Source of the DNA: Phallusia mammillata
Lineage: Eukaryota
Assembly (NCBI GenBank): GCA_965637545.1
Contig: OZ281495.1
Location: forward strand, 32,240,001-32,304,000
Reading direction: 5' to 3'
Length of the DNA: 64,000 bases
Of this stretch, positions 12,501 through 24,820 are shown in pieces; within the stretch, counting starts at the first letter, position 1, and each line of letters opens with the position of its first letter. The position numbers and the translations under genes were made by a program. The notes below the pieces were generated by a model. That model made no database searches and was not told where the DNA came from. It saw only the letters and a list, made by a program, of their open reading frames with translations.

Positions 12501-15500
12501 CTGCTGTCGTGGGTTCGAATCCCACCATGAACTCAGTTTCTACATTGTGTACCTTTCCATGCAGGTGATGTGAGAGGAGCTGGTACTGATGCTGAAGTTT
12601 ATATCGTGTTGTTTGGTGGAAGAAAGGGACAACAATCGTCTGGGAAGATTATACTCGATGGAAAATTTGAAAGGTTTGAAATTCTAAATCCTTATAATAA
12701 AAGCATATTGACTAGGTCGAGATTACCTAATCTGCCTCTAAATCTAAAACTTGCAATTTCGCTTTTATTGTTTCTCCGTTTAGGGAATTCACCATAAAAC
12801 ATTATACAACAGTGAAAAATATTGTGGTGTAATGCATATTTCGGATAATCGCAAACTTGAGAAAACTGGAGTCGTTATTAATCAGAGTTGTGTAATTTGT
12901 GGATAGACAGTGATACCAAGACAAAAACAACATTGCAGCGTCCTTTATTGCATCTGAAAATATTGTTTTTTAGAAATAAATAACATGTAAGCCATAATAG
13001 TTATTTCCATTTGTGTATTTGTCCTTTAGAATGCTTGGTGACCGCTTTGTTTGCTATAACCCTTAAATGGGCCTGGCGTACTATGGTTAATATATGAGTG
13101 TGCCATGATCGCTTGTCTGCGTAGATGCTTCAGGGCTGTTACCAATTATTAATTTATTACCATGTGATGTTATTTTTTGTTTAGAAATCGTGTCGATGTT
13201 TGCAATGTGGAGAGTGCGAGTATGCTCAGTCCACTTGACAAGATAGAGATTGGACACGACAATAGCGGGGCTGCCGCTGGTTGGTTCCTTGATAAAGTAG
13301 TGGTCACTTGCAACTCTACTGGTTGTGAACAGGTCAGTGTATAAAGCGTCTTCACTATAGGGGGTGGAATGTTACCAAATAGTTTGAGCTGTTATTTATT
13401 GATGTTCCTCGTGTATGTCTTCTTGCTATATTCTGTACAGTCGCACTTTTTGTAGGCTTTCGTGTATTGACAAGTCAATCAAACTTTCGGGCCCAAACAG
13501 GCTTCTTTAAAACGATTCAGACCTGCATGTCTAGAACTTAGCATGTGTGTTTCTAAATAAATAAAAATTGCCTAAAAATAGTGTTTCAGTAACTTAACTA
13601 AACCGCTGCCAAATAACGAAAAATCGGATTCAATATCCTCAATATTCTATTTTCAAATTTATTTACATGATACAGAATGCTAACAGTGTTTTGAGATACA
13701 TACTTAAAAATAATGAGTTTATAGTTTGGCTTGCATTAAATCTTTCTCTCATCCAGGTATTTTCGTGTCGCAAGTGGTTTGCGTCGGATGAGGGGGACGG
13801 ACTTATCACTCGTGAACTTTACGAGTCGAAATCTCTCAGGAAACAAGTTCAACAAAGTAAGGAAACGTCAAATGCTTGTCAAACGGCCTACGCTACGTGT
13901 TAAGAGAAAGCCAAAACACAATCGGTGTAGATGAACTACAGGCCTAAAACAAAATTACATTGTTTTAATTTCTTATAACTTTGTTTTTGTTCAATGACGA
14001 ATATAACTGCCCAAATAGACATAAAAGCGACATGCTTTATTATTCAAACGTTTCGGCAAATGCTCTTGTCATCACCAGTGATATCGGGGGCTACAAGTTT
14101 TCATTTTATATTCTCGAAAATTGATTTTTTTGCTTTTTTATTGTTGGCATTTTTGCTCGCTTTAACGCTTATATGTTTATATTTGTCTGCGTGTAAAATT
14201 TAAACTCGAATTTGGTTTTATAAGAATACGTTGTAATATGATAGAATTTGAATTACCTTTCTTGTTTCCATAGAAACTGCTTGGAACTGCGTCATATTTA
14301 CAAGTGACGTCAGAAATGCTGGAACGGACGCGAAAGTTTTTATACAGGTTTGTATTGTGATGATCTGCTTTGTACAGTTCAGCGGTTTCCTATAGATTTG
14401 AACTCGCATCCTCTTGTCTTTACAGGTTTATGGAGAAAAGGGAAAATCCGACGTAATTCCGCTGAACAATGAAACCGACAACTTTGAAACCGGACAGAAA
14501 GACAAATTTAAGGTGAGAATGTTTTGTTATTGGACAGCATTCATCCGATGTGAATTATTAAGGAAAATGGGTAATAGTTAAGTAATTTTAATCTTAAATT
14601 TTTAATTTTTTATACTGGAACAATCTGGGGTTTGTCAGAAACTGCAAACTTATTAACTACAACAAAGATACACAAAAAAACAATTGATGACTATTTAACG
14701 TTAAATATCACTAAAGCAAAATATTATAGATTATAAAGATTAATTACACTGGCCAACACAATTTTTGGTGTCTTTAATGTTAAAACTGATATTGACTAAT
14801 TTTGGGGTGCTGATTTCAAAAATCATTATGGTTTTCTTCAATCAGGTCAACTTTTTAAGTTATTTACAAAACCAAAATTTATGACCATATTGGTTCAATG
14901 ACTTTAAAATCACGCTTTTATATGTTTGTTAAAGTTTTGTTACATTAAACACATCAATTTTCTACAGTGCAGTCGGTTTTTTAGCATAAACATGTGTTCT
15001 ATGCTCTGTCTAAAAATGGTTGGTGTAGGCTAGTGGTAACTTTAAACTATACGTGTTTTATGGAGTGATTTCAGACTAGTAAAGCAAGGTGGTAAAACTA
15101 AAATTAATAGTGGCTAGGTCATCTATAAGGTGTTGCATGAATTACCAAGATGTTTTATTCTACAATACTGGTGAATACCCATACAACACAACTAAAAAGA
15201 AAAAAAAGATCTGTATCAAATGTTCATATCTTGCACACTTCGATGTGACTTTGGGGGTTTAGGACAAGCAATGGGCTCCACTTACCTAATGTTGATTGGA
15301 ATATTGCAGTAATGGACAAAAACAGTAGAAAGATACTAACATTACTAGACATAGTACAAAACTAAGTTATTAAGCGGTCTGAAAAATTCGGAACGAAAAT
15401 GAGTATAAAGCTACACTTCCCTTAAAACGTAGGGGATATAAATGATGAGAATTAAGCTGAAAGGTTCCAACAGGATATCAGTGAAACGAAACGTGTCGGG

Positions 15501-18500
15501 GAAGAAGGAATAATGTGGTCCTGGATAATTACTGTTGGTAAATTAAACGGGACGATATTGCTGCCAGTCATTTCCAAAAGTTACAGAAGTACATGTGTAG
15601 GGTTGGCCTATATCCGATATACCTGACAACTTACAAATTCGAAACCTTTTTTTGTTTTTTGTGTGGAATTTTGTTTGTTAGGAGTGTCTACCTGTTACAT
15701 TTAAAATTAAATCGAAACTTTGTTCTTGCAATAACGGTAATTCCACATAAAATACTCAAAACCAGTTTCACTATAGTGTATACATATAGATTGTTTTTCA
15801 AACGTGGATGTACCATAACATGAAAACTAGACGTGATACAGATAAACCGATTGCATTTTTGAAATCAGGGCACTAAAATTAGTCAAAATCAATTAAAACA
15901 TTACTGACACCAGTAAAAAAATATTTTTTTGTTGCCCTGTGTTATTTATGATATAGTCCGTACTTTGCTTTAGGACTCTTAGCGGAGCGCTGTTTCAAAA
16001 ATCTTTTACATTCTAAGTGTTAACCTGCTAATAACTGTTCCCAATTGCTGGAGACACTTAAACATTTTAATTCACAATCTCTTCTGGAGACACTTAAACA
16101 TTTTAATTCACAAATCTCTATCATTTCTATAGATCGACATACCAGATATCGGTCGGATTTACAAGTTACGAGTTTGGCATGACGACTCCCGGCCATTCTC
16201 GGGCTGGCATCTCGACAAAATTATTCTTGAACCTGTCACTACTAAGAAAACCGCCACTACGTCATACACGTTCATCTGTCAGAAATGGATCGACTCGTAA
16301 GTCGTATTATTTTTATCAAAACTTTATGGCGAAACATTTTTCAGCATTAGGTCTTCAATACGTTTCTATGCATCAACCAGCTGAGAAGACTTGGTTAATT
16401 TGGTCATGCCTTCCTTATGGTCTGGCATGCTGTGATTTAAAAAACAAATGTTGCACAGTTCTTGGCTTTGTGAGTGCATTGAAAAAGACAAATTGGTATT
16501 TTTTCTGATTTTCCTCTAAAATTTACGCTGTTATATTCAGTATCATCATGGGCTGGTGGGATAAATAAATAGCTTTAAGCTTTCTGCGCATCTTTCGTGA
16601 AAGCAAAACAGCCGCTGGTTTGAAACAGGACTATAGATTATAAAAACAGACGTTTTCTTTATGAGAGTTTCATGAAAAGATTATACTAAAGTTGATCTTA
16701 AACACGTGATTTGGAACTATAATGCAAGAAAAGCTCAAATACCTGTCCGTACCTGTTCATAAGTTTAATGATGAAAATAACGGCCTAAACCAGTGGTTCC
16801 CAAACTGTGGGCCATGGCCCAGTACTAGGCCACCAAGACATTTTCAATGGGCCACAGAGCCATTTGAACAGGTTCTACTGTTTTGTTATACTGTAGATAT
16901 TATGCGCTTTGTTTTGAAAAACGTAATTTTTGCAAAGAATTCCGGATCTTGTATCCAAGGAGCATGTATCTTATTAAAAATAAATTGCTAGAAACCATTT
17001 CGCCTGTTTTTGAGTTATTTTTTTGTTTGTGCCCAAATTTACAGCACGTGGTGAGCCACGAATCCCAATTAAAAAGACATTTGGCCCACAGACCAAAAAA
17101 GTTTGGGAACCCCTGGCCTAAACAGACGTAAAAAAACGTTTGAACAGTGACGCATGTCGCTTTTTACGTCTATCTGGGCCGTTATTTTCATCATTAAGCC
17201 TAATTTATTTGTTAAAAATGACCATTTAGTCACTAAATCACTAAATTTTAGTGAAACTTGCATTCTTTCTGTTGTTTGTTTGTATTTCTTGTTATTGTAC
17301 CTTACACAATTGCACTATTTTGTCACTGTACCTTACAGGTCGGACGGCGAACTAATCCGGGAACTCCCCGCAACTGGAACCGGCATCAAGCGTCCACAGC
17401 CCGTGGTGCGTTACCTGGTAACGGTTGCTACCGGCGACAAGCGCGGAGCAGGCACAGATGCTGACGTGTTCTGTTGTTTGTACGGAGAACAGGGCGACAC
17501 CGGAGACCGTCCGCTCCTCTCATCCAAGAACAGCAGAAACAAGTTTGAACGAAAGAGTGTAAGTTGGAATGAGTGAATTATTTTGCACTTGTGAAATGGT
17601 AATTTTTAACTTTATTGTGATGGGTGAGGATGCTTATTGTTAACAATAACAAAAATGAGCTAAATGATAAGTCCTATACCAGAGCATGTTTGACCTTGAA
17701 AATAGGAAATTTCAGTGTGCCGCGGCACCCAGTTTAAGAATCACTGCTGTACACGGATCAGTTCATAAGTTGTAATGGTGAATACAACGGCCCAAATAGC
17801 CCTAAAAAGTGATACTGTTAAAAAAATGCTTATGTCATAAGAGATATGAGAGGCCGCATTAGTTACACCCATTTATAATCACTTTTTCAGTCTATTTGGG
17901 CTGTTATTTTCCTCATTAAACTAGAATCAAGCCAGAGAGTTCAATAAAAGAAAACACATCTATAAATAGTTGATATGTAAACACCATCAAAGTCAAGTAC
18001 GCTTAGAACCAAATTAACGTTTGTATTTGCATGTTCCATAGGTTGACGAGTTTATAATTGAGGCAGTGACCTTGAAAAATGTCAACAAGGTCAAGATTGG
18101 GCACAACGATTCAGGCGTGGGTCAGTACCAACCTAAACCATACCCTAGTTTTTATTAGGAAGGAACATTGTATTACCTTTTTCTCTATATTCCAGCAAGT
18201 GGTTGGTTCCTGGATAAAGTTGAGGTTCGTGAGGAAGGAGGTCAAGGATTGAAAATATTCCCGTGCGGAAGGTGGGATTTGATTTCCTATAGTTCCAATG
18301 TTAATCACCACAACGTAGAGCCGTTGTCATTTCCGTTTTTTTCCAAATAATACGTTTTACAGAAGCTAAATACACAAACATTTTAAACCACCGAGTATTG
18401 CTCATCCAGCAGTTTTATTATAAATCGACGTTTCAACGTCCTATACACGACGCCTAAACACTTTGGACCACATTTTTTTTTCTGTCATTGATTGTCGAAA

Positions 18501-21500
18501 TGCGATTTATTTTCACCAATTTTTTTTTTTTTTTTTTTTCACGGAGTTCGAACCCAGGACACTCCCGGGGACGAATCCCGATCAAGGTTTTCTTTATGTC
18601 TGTATGTGGGTCAGGCGCGCCAGACCATTCGGCCAAGTTCCTGCCCCTATTTTTTTCACCAATAAAAATAGCTTGCATTTAAAATACAACTTGCGCCCTC
18701 AGGTGGTTGGCGACAGACGAGGACGATGGCGCCATCGTGCGGGAACTTACAGATGAGGGAAGTCCCCAACTTTTAAACAGTAAGTTTCGCATAAAATTTA
18801 CTTTTAAAACATATTGTTTCACGTCATTATTGCGTCACAGCTACGTCATACCACGTGTCAGTGAAAACTGGTGACATCAGAGGAGCGGGAACCGATGCGA
18901 ACGTTCACGTTAAGGTAAGAGTCCCGGATGTAACTTAAGATTTCCATGTAAGTCATGCTGTAAAACCATAGCAAATTAAGACTCGAAATTTGAGAGGACT
19001 GTCTCAACTGCCAACAGAATCAGTCAGTAAATTAGAAAGTAGGAATATATATTTCGCCTAATAATGGCATCATCAGTTCCTGAAAAACGCAATAGATCAA
19101 CACCAAAATATCAAGAATGTAAAACAAACACAATGTTCTAAGCAACTCAACAACGCGAGTGTCGCCAAACACAAAATCGTTAAAAACCTTGCAAACCCAG
19201 CAACGCCTGGAAAGCCTAAAGGTAACACCTGTGAAAAGCTGGCAAGACCTACACCGTGGACAAAAGTAAAGAGAAAAAGGGGGGTGGCAAAAAGAAACCA
19301 AGGCGCTCGCAACTAAAAGCCGATAAAACGATAAAAAAGATAAAATGAAGATAAAATTAAAAATTAAACTGCCGTAAACCGTACCCAAAGGCCGTGCAAT
19401 AACTGACCACAGACACACACAAGTCACACACTGATTCTGTTGGCAGTTGAGACAGTCCTCTCAAATTTCGAGTCTTTTAACAATTTGCACAGTTATCGTC
19501 GGTATGCATGGCGGCTGTTGGAGGTTTAGATATTGCCCATCCACGACAATTTCTCATAGCAAATTAATTTGTACATCTTATACCATTTTTTTGCTTAACT
19601 ATTTTTTTATATTTATCTTTACTTTATTGATACCCAATTAGATGGATAACGGTTTGTGTAGTCTAGATTTTTTTCAACCTGTATAAATCTGCACGAAATA
19701 CTCGTGTTTTAGTTACTTCTTTTTTGTCCTAAGTTGTGACCACCAGAACCGCAGGTACCTTCAATATTTTAAACTTTAGTTAATTTCAGGATCTGTGCTG
19801 ATTGTTTTGTATTAAATGTGAACTGACGAACAAACTGAAAGTTTAGGCTAAGTTCTAGGCTACAGACAGTGTATACTGTTTTGGCCTTAAGGTCTCATCA
19901 GTGCAGCTGGTGTCTACATTAGTCAACACGGCCTATCTCTTGTCACCAGCTGCACCGACGAGATCTTATAGGTCGAAACAGTGTGTACTGTCTGCAGCTT
20001 ATCATTTATTGGCTTGGTGCTTTTACATGAACTAAATTGATTTTCAGATTTTCGGTGAAAACGGCGACACAGGAAAACTGAAACTTCATCAAAGTGACAA
20101 CATAAGGAATAAGTTTGAACGAGGAAGGACTGATCTCTTTAAACTTGAAGCTACCGACATTGGAAAGGTTGAGAGAATATACATCGGTACGTGGAGTGAT
20201 CTGATTGGTTAATTCACTGCGTCTGCTGTTTGGTGGAAGATCCAATTGTGTTTTGGGTCTCAGAAGAATTCTTTTATAAATTGAGGGAAATTTAACATGC
20301 TTTGGGACCTTATAAAATTAAGCAACTTTTTGGCTTTGCGAAAATAGGTTTTGAGAAACTTTTTTTTCATTAAAATCTGCTAAGGGGCAAACTAGCAATG
20401 AAAGATTAAGAACTTATGATTTAGCAATTTACTATCTAAGTAATAGGCATCTTTAGTATTTTTTTTTCAATGCGTTTAGGAGAGTGTGTTGTTTGAGATT
20501 TTGAAACTTGTTTGTTTTGCGTAAAAAATAGTTTTTTTTGCCACATTTTTTGTCACAAGTTGTTAAAGATTTAAACCCAAGCATTTTTCTTAACTGTCCA
20601 AATATATTTTAATTGTTGTGATTTCCTAATAACTAAACGCATCCTCATGTTCACGCAGGTCATGATGATGGCGGAGTTGCTTCTGGTTGGTTTTTGGACG
20701 GAGTTGAAATTGATGTTCCCTCGAATGGGATGCACTACACCTTTAACTGTCACAGGTGGAGTAAAATTCACTTCGATTAAACCTGAAGCTGTATCTAGCT
20801 AATACATGATAAACTACTGACAGTGGACACTGTTTGGAGCTAATAGGGACTCATTAGTGCGGCTGGTGACAAGAGGTTGTCCGTATGAGATAATGTAGCA
20901 TGCAGCTAAATGAAAAATTTGATTAAACCACCCCTAAAGCCGTGTCTATTGTTCCAGATTGTACTTATACCATTTAAACTGGTTTGGCTAAAGTAAAGGT
21001 ACCCATTATTATGTGCTAACGCTGTAGTCAATAGAAATAATACATTAACAGGTGGCTTGCGTCGGATGAGGGCGACGGAAAAACCGAAGTCGAACTTTAC
21101 CCTACTCAGACACGACAACAGGATAAACGTGAGTTTGTTGTAAAGACTTTCTGTGTAGTTTTAATGAGCATTGTTCGATTAAAGTATGGTCATGAGATTG
21201 TGGGTTCGAACCCAGGCCTTGTTCAAATGCTCCAGCAGTCTAACAATTATTAAACAAATAAATCTGCAAAAGCGATACAGGGTATGGTTTGGAAAGTTGC
21301 GATGTTCAGACTCAAAGAAAACACTAGTTTTTGTAGCCTTTGCTTACAGAAGAAGTTGGAGCTTGTAGGATTTATCTATTCGGCAGAAAATCACATTCCT
21401 TCAAAACAGTCATACTAGTACAGTTGAAAACTTAATTTCATTTCAGTGCTTCCCTACGAGATCACCGTGACAACGGGTGACGTATTTAACGCCGGAACTG

Positions 21501-24500
21501 ACGCGAACGTGACGTTGCAACTTTACGGAGAAGACGGAAAATCGGAATCCATCAAATTGCGGAACAGAACCGACAACTTCGAACGGAACGCCGTCGATAA
21601 GTTTAAGGTTTCTTTCTATCACGACATCATCGTATCATATGATTGTTTCTATCACGACATCTCGTATCATATGATTGTTTCTATCACGACATTATCGTGT
21701 CATGTGATTGTTTCTATCACGCGATCATCGTATCATATGATTGTTTCTATCACGACATCATCGTATCATATGATTGTTCCTATCACGACATCATCGTGTC
21801 ATATGATTGTTTCTATCACGAAATCATCGTATCATATGATTGTTTCTATCATGCGATGATTGTGTCCATCACGCAACCATTGTATCATATGATTCATTCT
21901 ATTACACGAATATTGTATCATATGATTCATTCTATTACACGAATATTGTATCATATGAATCATTTATCATGCGATCGTTTACTCGCGAGTTAGAATCGCC
22001 AAGTGATCTGTAAATAGAATTTGGAAATACGTCTCCAAATTCACTTACTTAACAAACGCCTTTATTTTTTGTAGATCGAATCGAAAGATGTTGGACCAAT
22101 CACAAAAGTGAGAATCGGACACGACGGAAAGGGAGTCGGATCCGGATGGTTTCTAGAATCCCTCAAGATCCAAAGATTCGTGAAGAAGACGAGCAAGAGA
22201 AAGAAGCGAAGAAAAGGTGCGAAATTTTATTTGAACGTTAATATATATGTGATATACCAAGAGTATGTTTGCAAAATCTTTGTTACTCCAACTCTTGAGA
22301 AGCTGCTGGCGTGGGTTCGAATCCCACTGAAGCTTCAATGTTTTTTAAGCTCACATTCGAGTATGAAAGCCCATTACACGTTGTTGTTTTTTCAATCGGT
22401 CAATTCAGTTTCGAAGTGAAGTTGAAAAAACAAGCTTGATTCAGGCCTGACTTCACACGCGATAATATTTGTGTCATAATTTTAAGTTGGTAACTCTATC
22501 TTTAAGGCCTTATTCAGGCTTTATTTTTCCTTTTTTTTAATTTGTACTTAATCGTTCGGGCCCGCTTACCAACCTTGGCTGTACTAATCTTATTCAACGA
22601 ACAAGCATATATTTGTCAGCAGAAAACCTTTTCTTACAAATCTTACATAAACCAGCGCGCTGGAGTTAAACCGATAGGAAACCGGCTCTCTAGTAAAACA
22701 AAGCCTTATCCAATTCACAGAGTCAGTTTCGGCCGAAAGTGCTGAAGTTGAGACTTATTGGTTCGTTTGTCGTCGTTGGTTCGACAAGTCGGAAGATGAC
22801 GGTCTGCTCATCCGCGAACTTGTTCCTACGGACGAATCAGGACGACCTATCGATGACGCACTGCAAGGTGGGATGAGATTTAAATACTCCATTTTAACAA
22901 ATATTCTGATAATTCTTTGTGAGTCCAATCTTTGTTGCAAGTTTGACTAGTTTAAGTTAAATTATCCAGCTTTCAGTAGGCTGCAAACAGTGCACATTGT
23001 TTATCAGTCTCCAAAGGGTTTCCTTAAGGTTAGAAACCACTGGTTATAGAAACGTATTAGTCTGATCTACTTGCTCTCGAACATTGCCGCTTTTGCAAAT
23101 AACGGGACACTTGACTCGATAACCAACGGTTTATTTTTTCGGTGTCCTTGCTGTTTTTATTAAGCTGTTCATCAATGACAAATGGATATAGTGACAATGC
23201 AAATAAAATTTGACTTCACTTGACTTGACTTGTATTGACCCCTTGTATTTGTACTTTGCAGAGATGGAATACACTGTTGATGTTTATACTGGTGACAAAT
23301 ATGGGGCGGGAACCAATTCAAACGTTTTCCTCACATTGTATGGAGAAAGCGGAGATTCAGGTAAGAAGCCTGAGCTTTGTAGTTCACGGTAGATTACGAA
23401 TAGTATTCTGTTCTAGAACTATCCCAAAATAGGTGAATCGAATCCATTATACCGAATCTTTTTACCCGTTATAAATTGACTTTTCGGGTTACTGTTAGAA
23501 TTTTTATTTTAAATTGCATCTCCAATGCATAGTATGATATTAGTATGTTTTTTGTTTTAAATGTATTTGTGCATTATCACTTATGAGAAAAAAAATCGGC
23601 CCTATATATAACTATACTAAACTATTTCTACAACTAAAAAAATACTTGACAAAAGAAACAACCTTTGTAAACTGTTGTACGTGTAAAATCGGATGAGACC
23701 AGAAAACTTGTTTCCAATACATTATAAAAATAGCAGTAGGCCTTAATACTTCTGATTACTTACCTTAATTAATGTTTTTGTCGTTTCTCTGTCATTTTAC
23801 ACCCGAAACCTTAAAAACTTTAAAACAGGTAATACTTAAAGATTGAATTCATTAATTACGAGTTTGTGGGTTCGAATCCCACCCCAGTACTGTTTTTCTT
23901 ACACCTGATTGTTTGTTTGTTTAACTTCCAGGTGAAAGGCAGCTGTCGAAATCCGAAACTAACTTCAACAAGTTTGAGAGAAATCAACTGGATACATTCA
24001 AACTAAAAGCTGCTGACCTCAGCATTTTAAAGAAGGTAAAAATACTTGTGAAATAATCGCAATATTAGAGACAATTGCTACCACCCAATCATCCAGTAAT
24101 CTTTACAAACACCCGATAGAAGCTTAAAACCTTGCTTCGTTGAAAACATCGGCGGCAGAGAAGTAAAATATTTAGAGGAAACTACACTTTTGGAAGAATC
24201 TGTGCAAACGAAAATACGGGCTTAATTGGGGCGGACTTCACACTCGGTCACATTTTTGTCGTAGTTGCGATTTTTTTATTATTATTTGCATTGTTTTAGC
24301 TAGCACTTCGAACGGATTCTTAACTAAACATATAGCGCATAAGCTGTAAACCACGCGTAAACACATTTTATTCGAACACCAGCCGTCTGAATTAATTCGG
24401 ACTATTATCATGTAATATCGATTAAACCAATTTATTATACCAACAACTATCAATTCTGCCTATTTCAGCTGAAAATTCGCCATGACAACAGCGAGATCGG

Positions 24501-24784
24501 AGCCGCGTGGTTTCTGGATCGCGTAGAGGTCAAAGTTCAAGGTCAGGCGTGGGTGTTTCCATGCCAACGCTGGCTTTCGACCAAAGAGGACGATGGTCAG
24601 ATCGAAAGGACGCTCGTCCCAGTTGATCAGGTAACACCACGATATGTTGGAAAAAACATAAAAAAACAGTTTTTCTAATCCCCCTTTATCGTTGACATTA
24701 AGCTTTAAACAAATGTGTTTTGTTGTTTGTAAATTTATATATTTTTTGTTATTTTACTGTCAAATGGTTTTACTGTTAAGTGCA

Positions 24785-24820
<36 letters not shown>

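Noticed and set aside
15455-15502. Possible hammerhead (ctgaaag...cgaaacgtgtc)
   Set aside because: The core is incomplete and stems are unconvincing; too degenerate to call.
19032-19427. 131-aa and 71-aa hydrophobic ORFs
   Set aside because: They are translations of the U-rich PLE 3'UTR.
24060-24170. Possible PLE endonuclease remnant
   Set aside because: Only vague motif resemblance, with no consistent frame.
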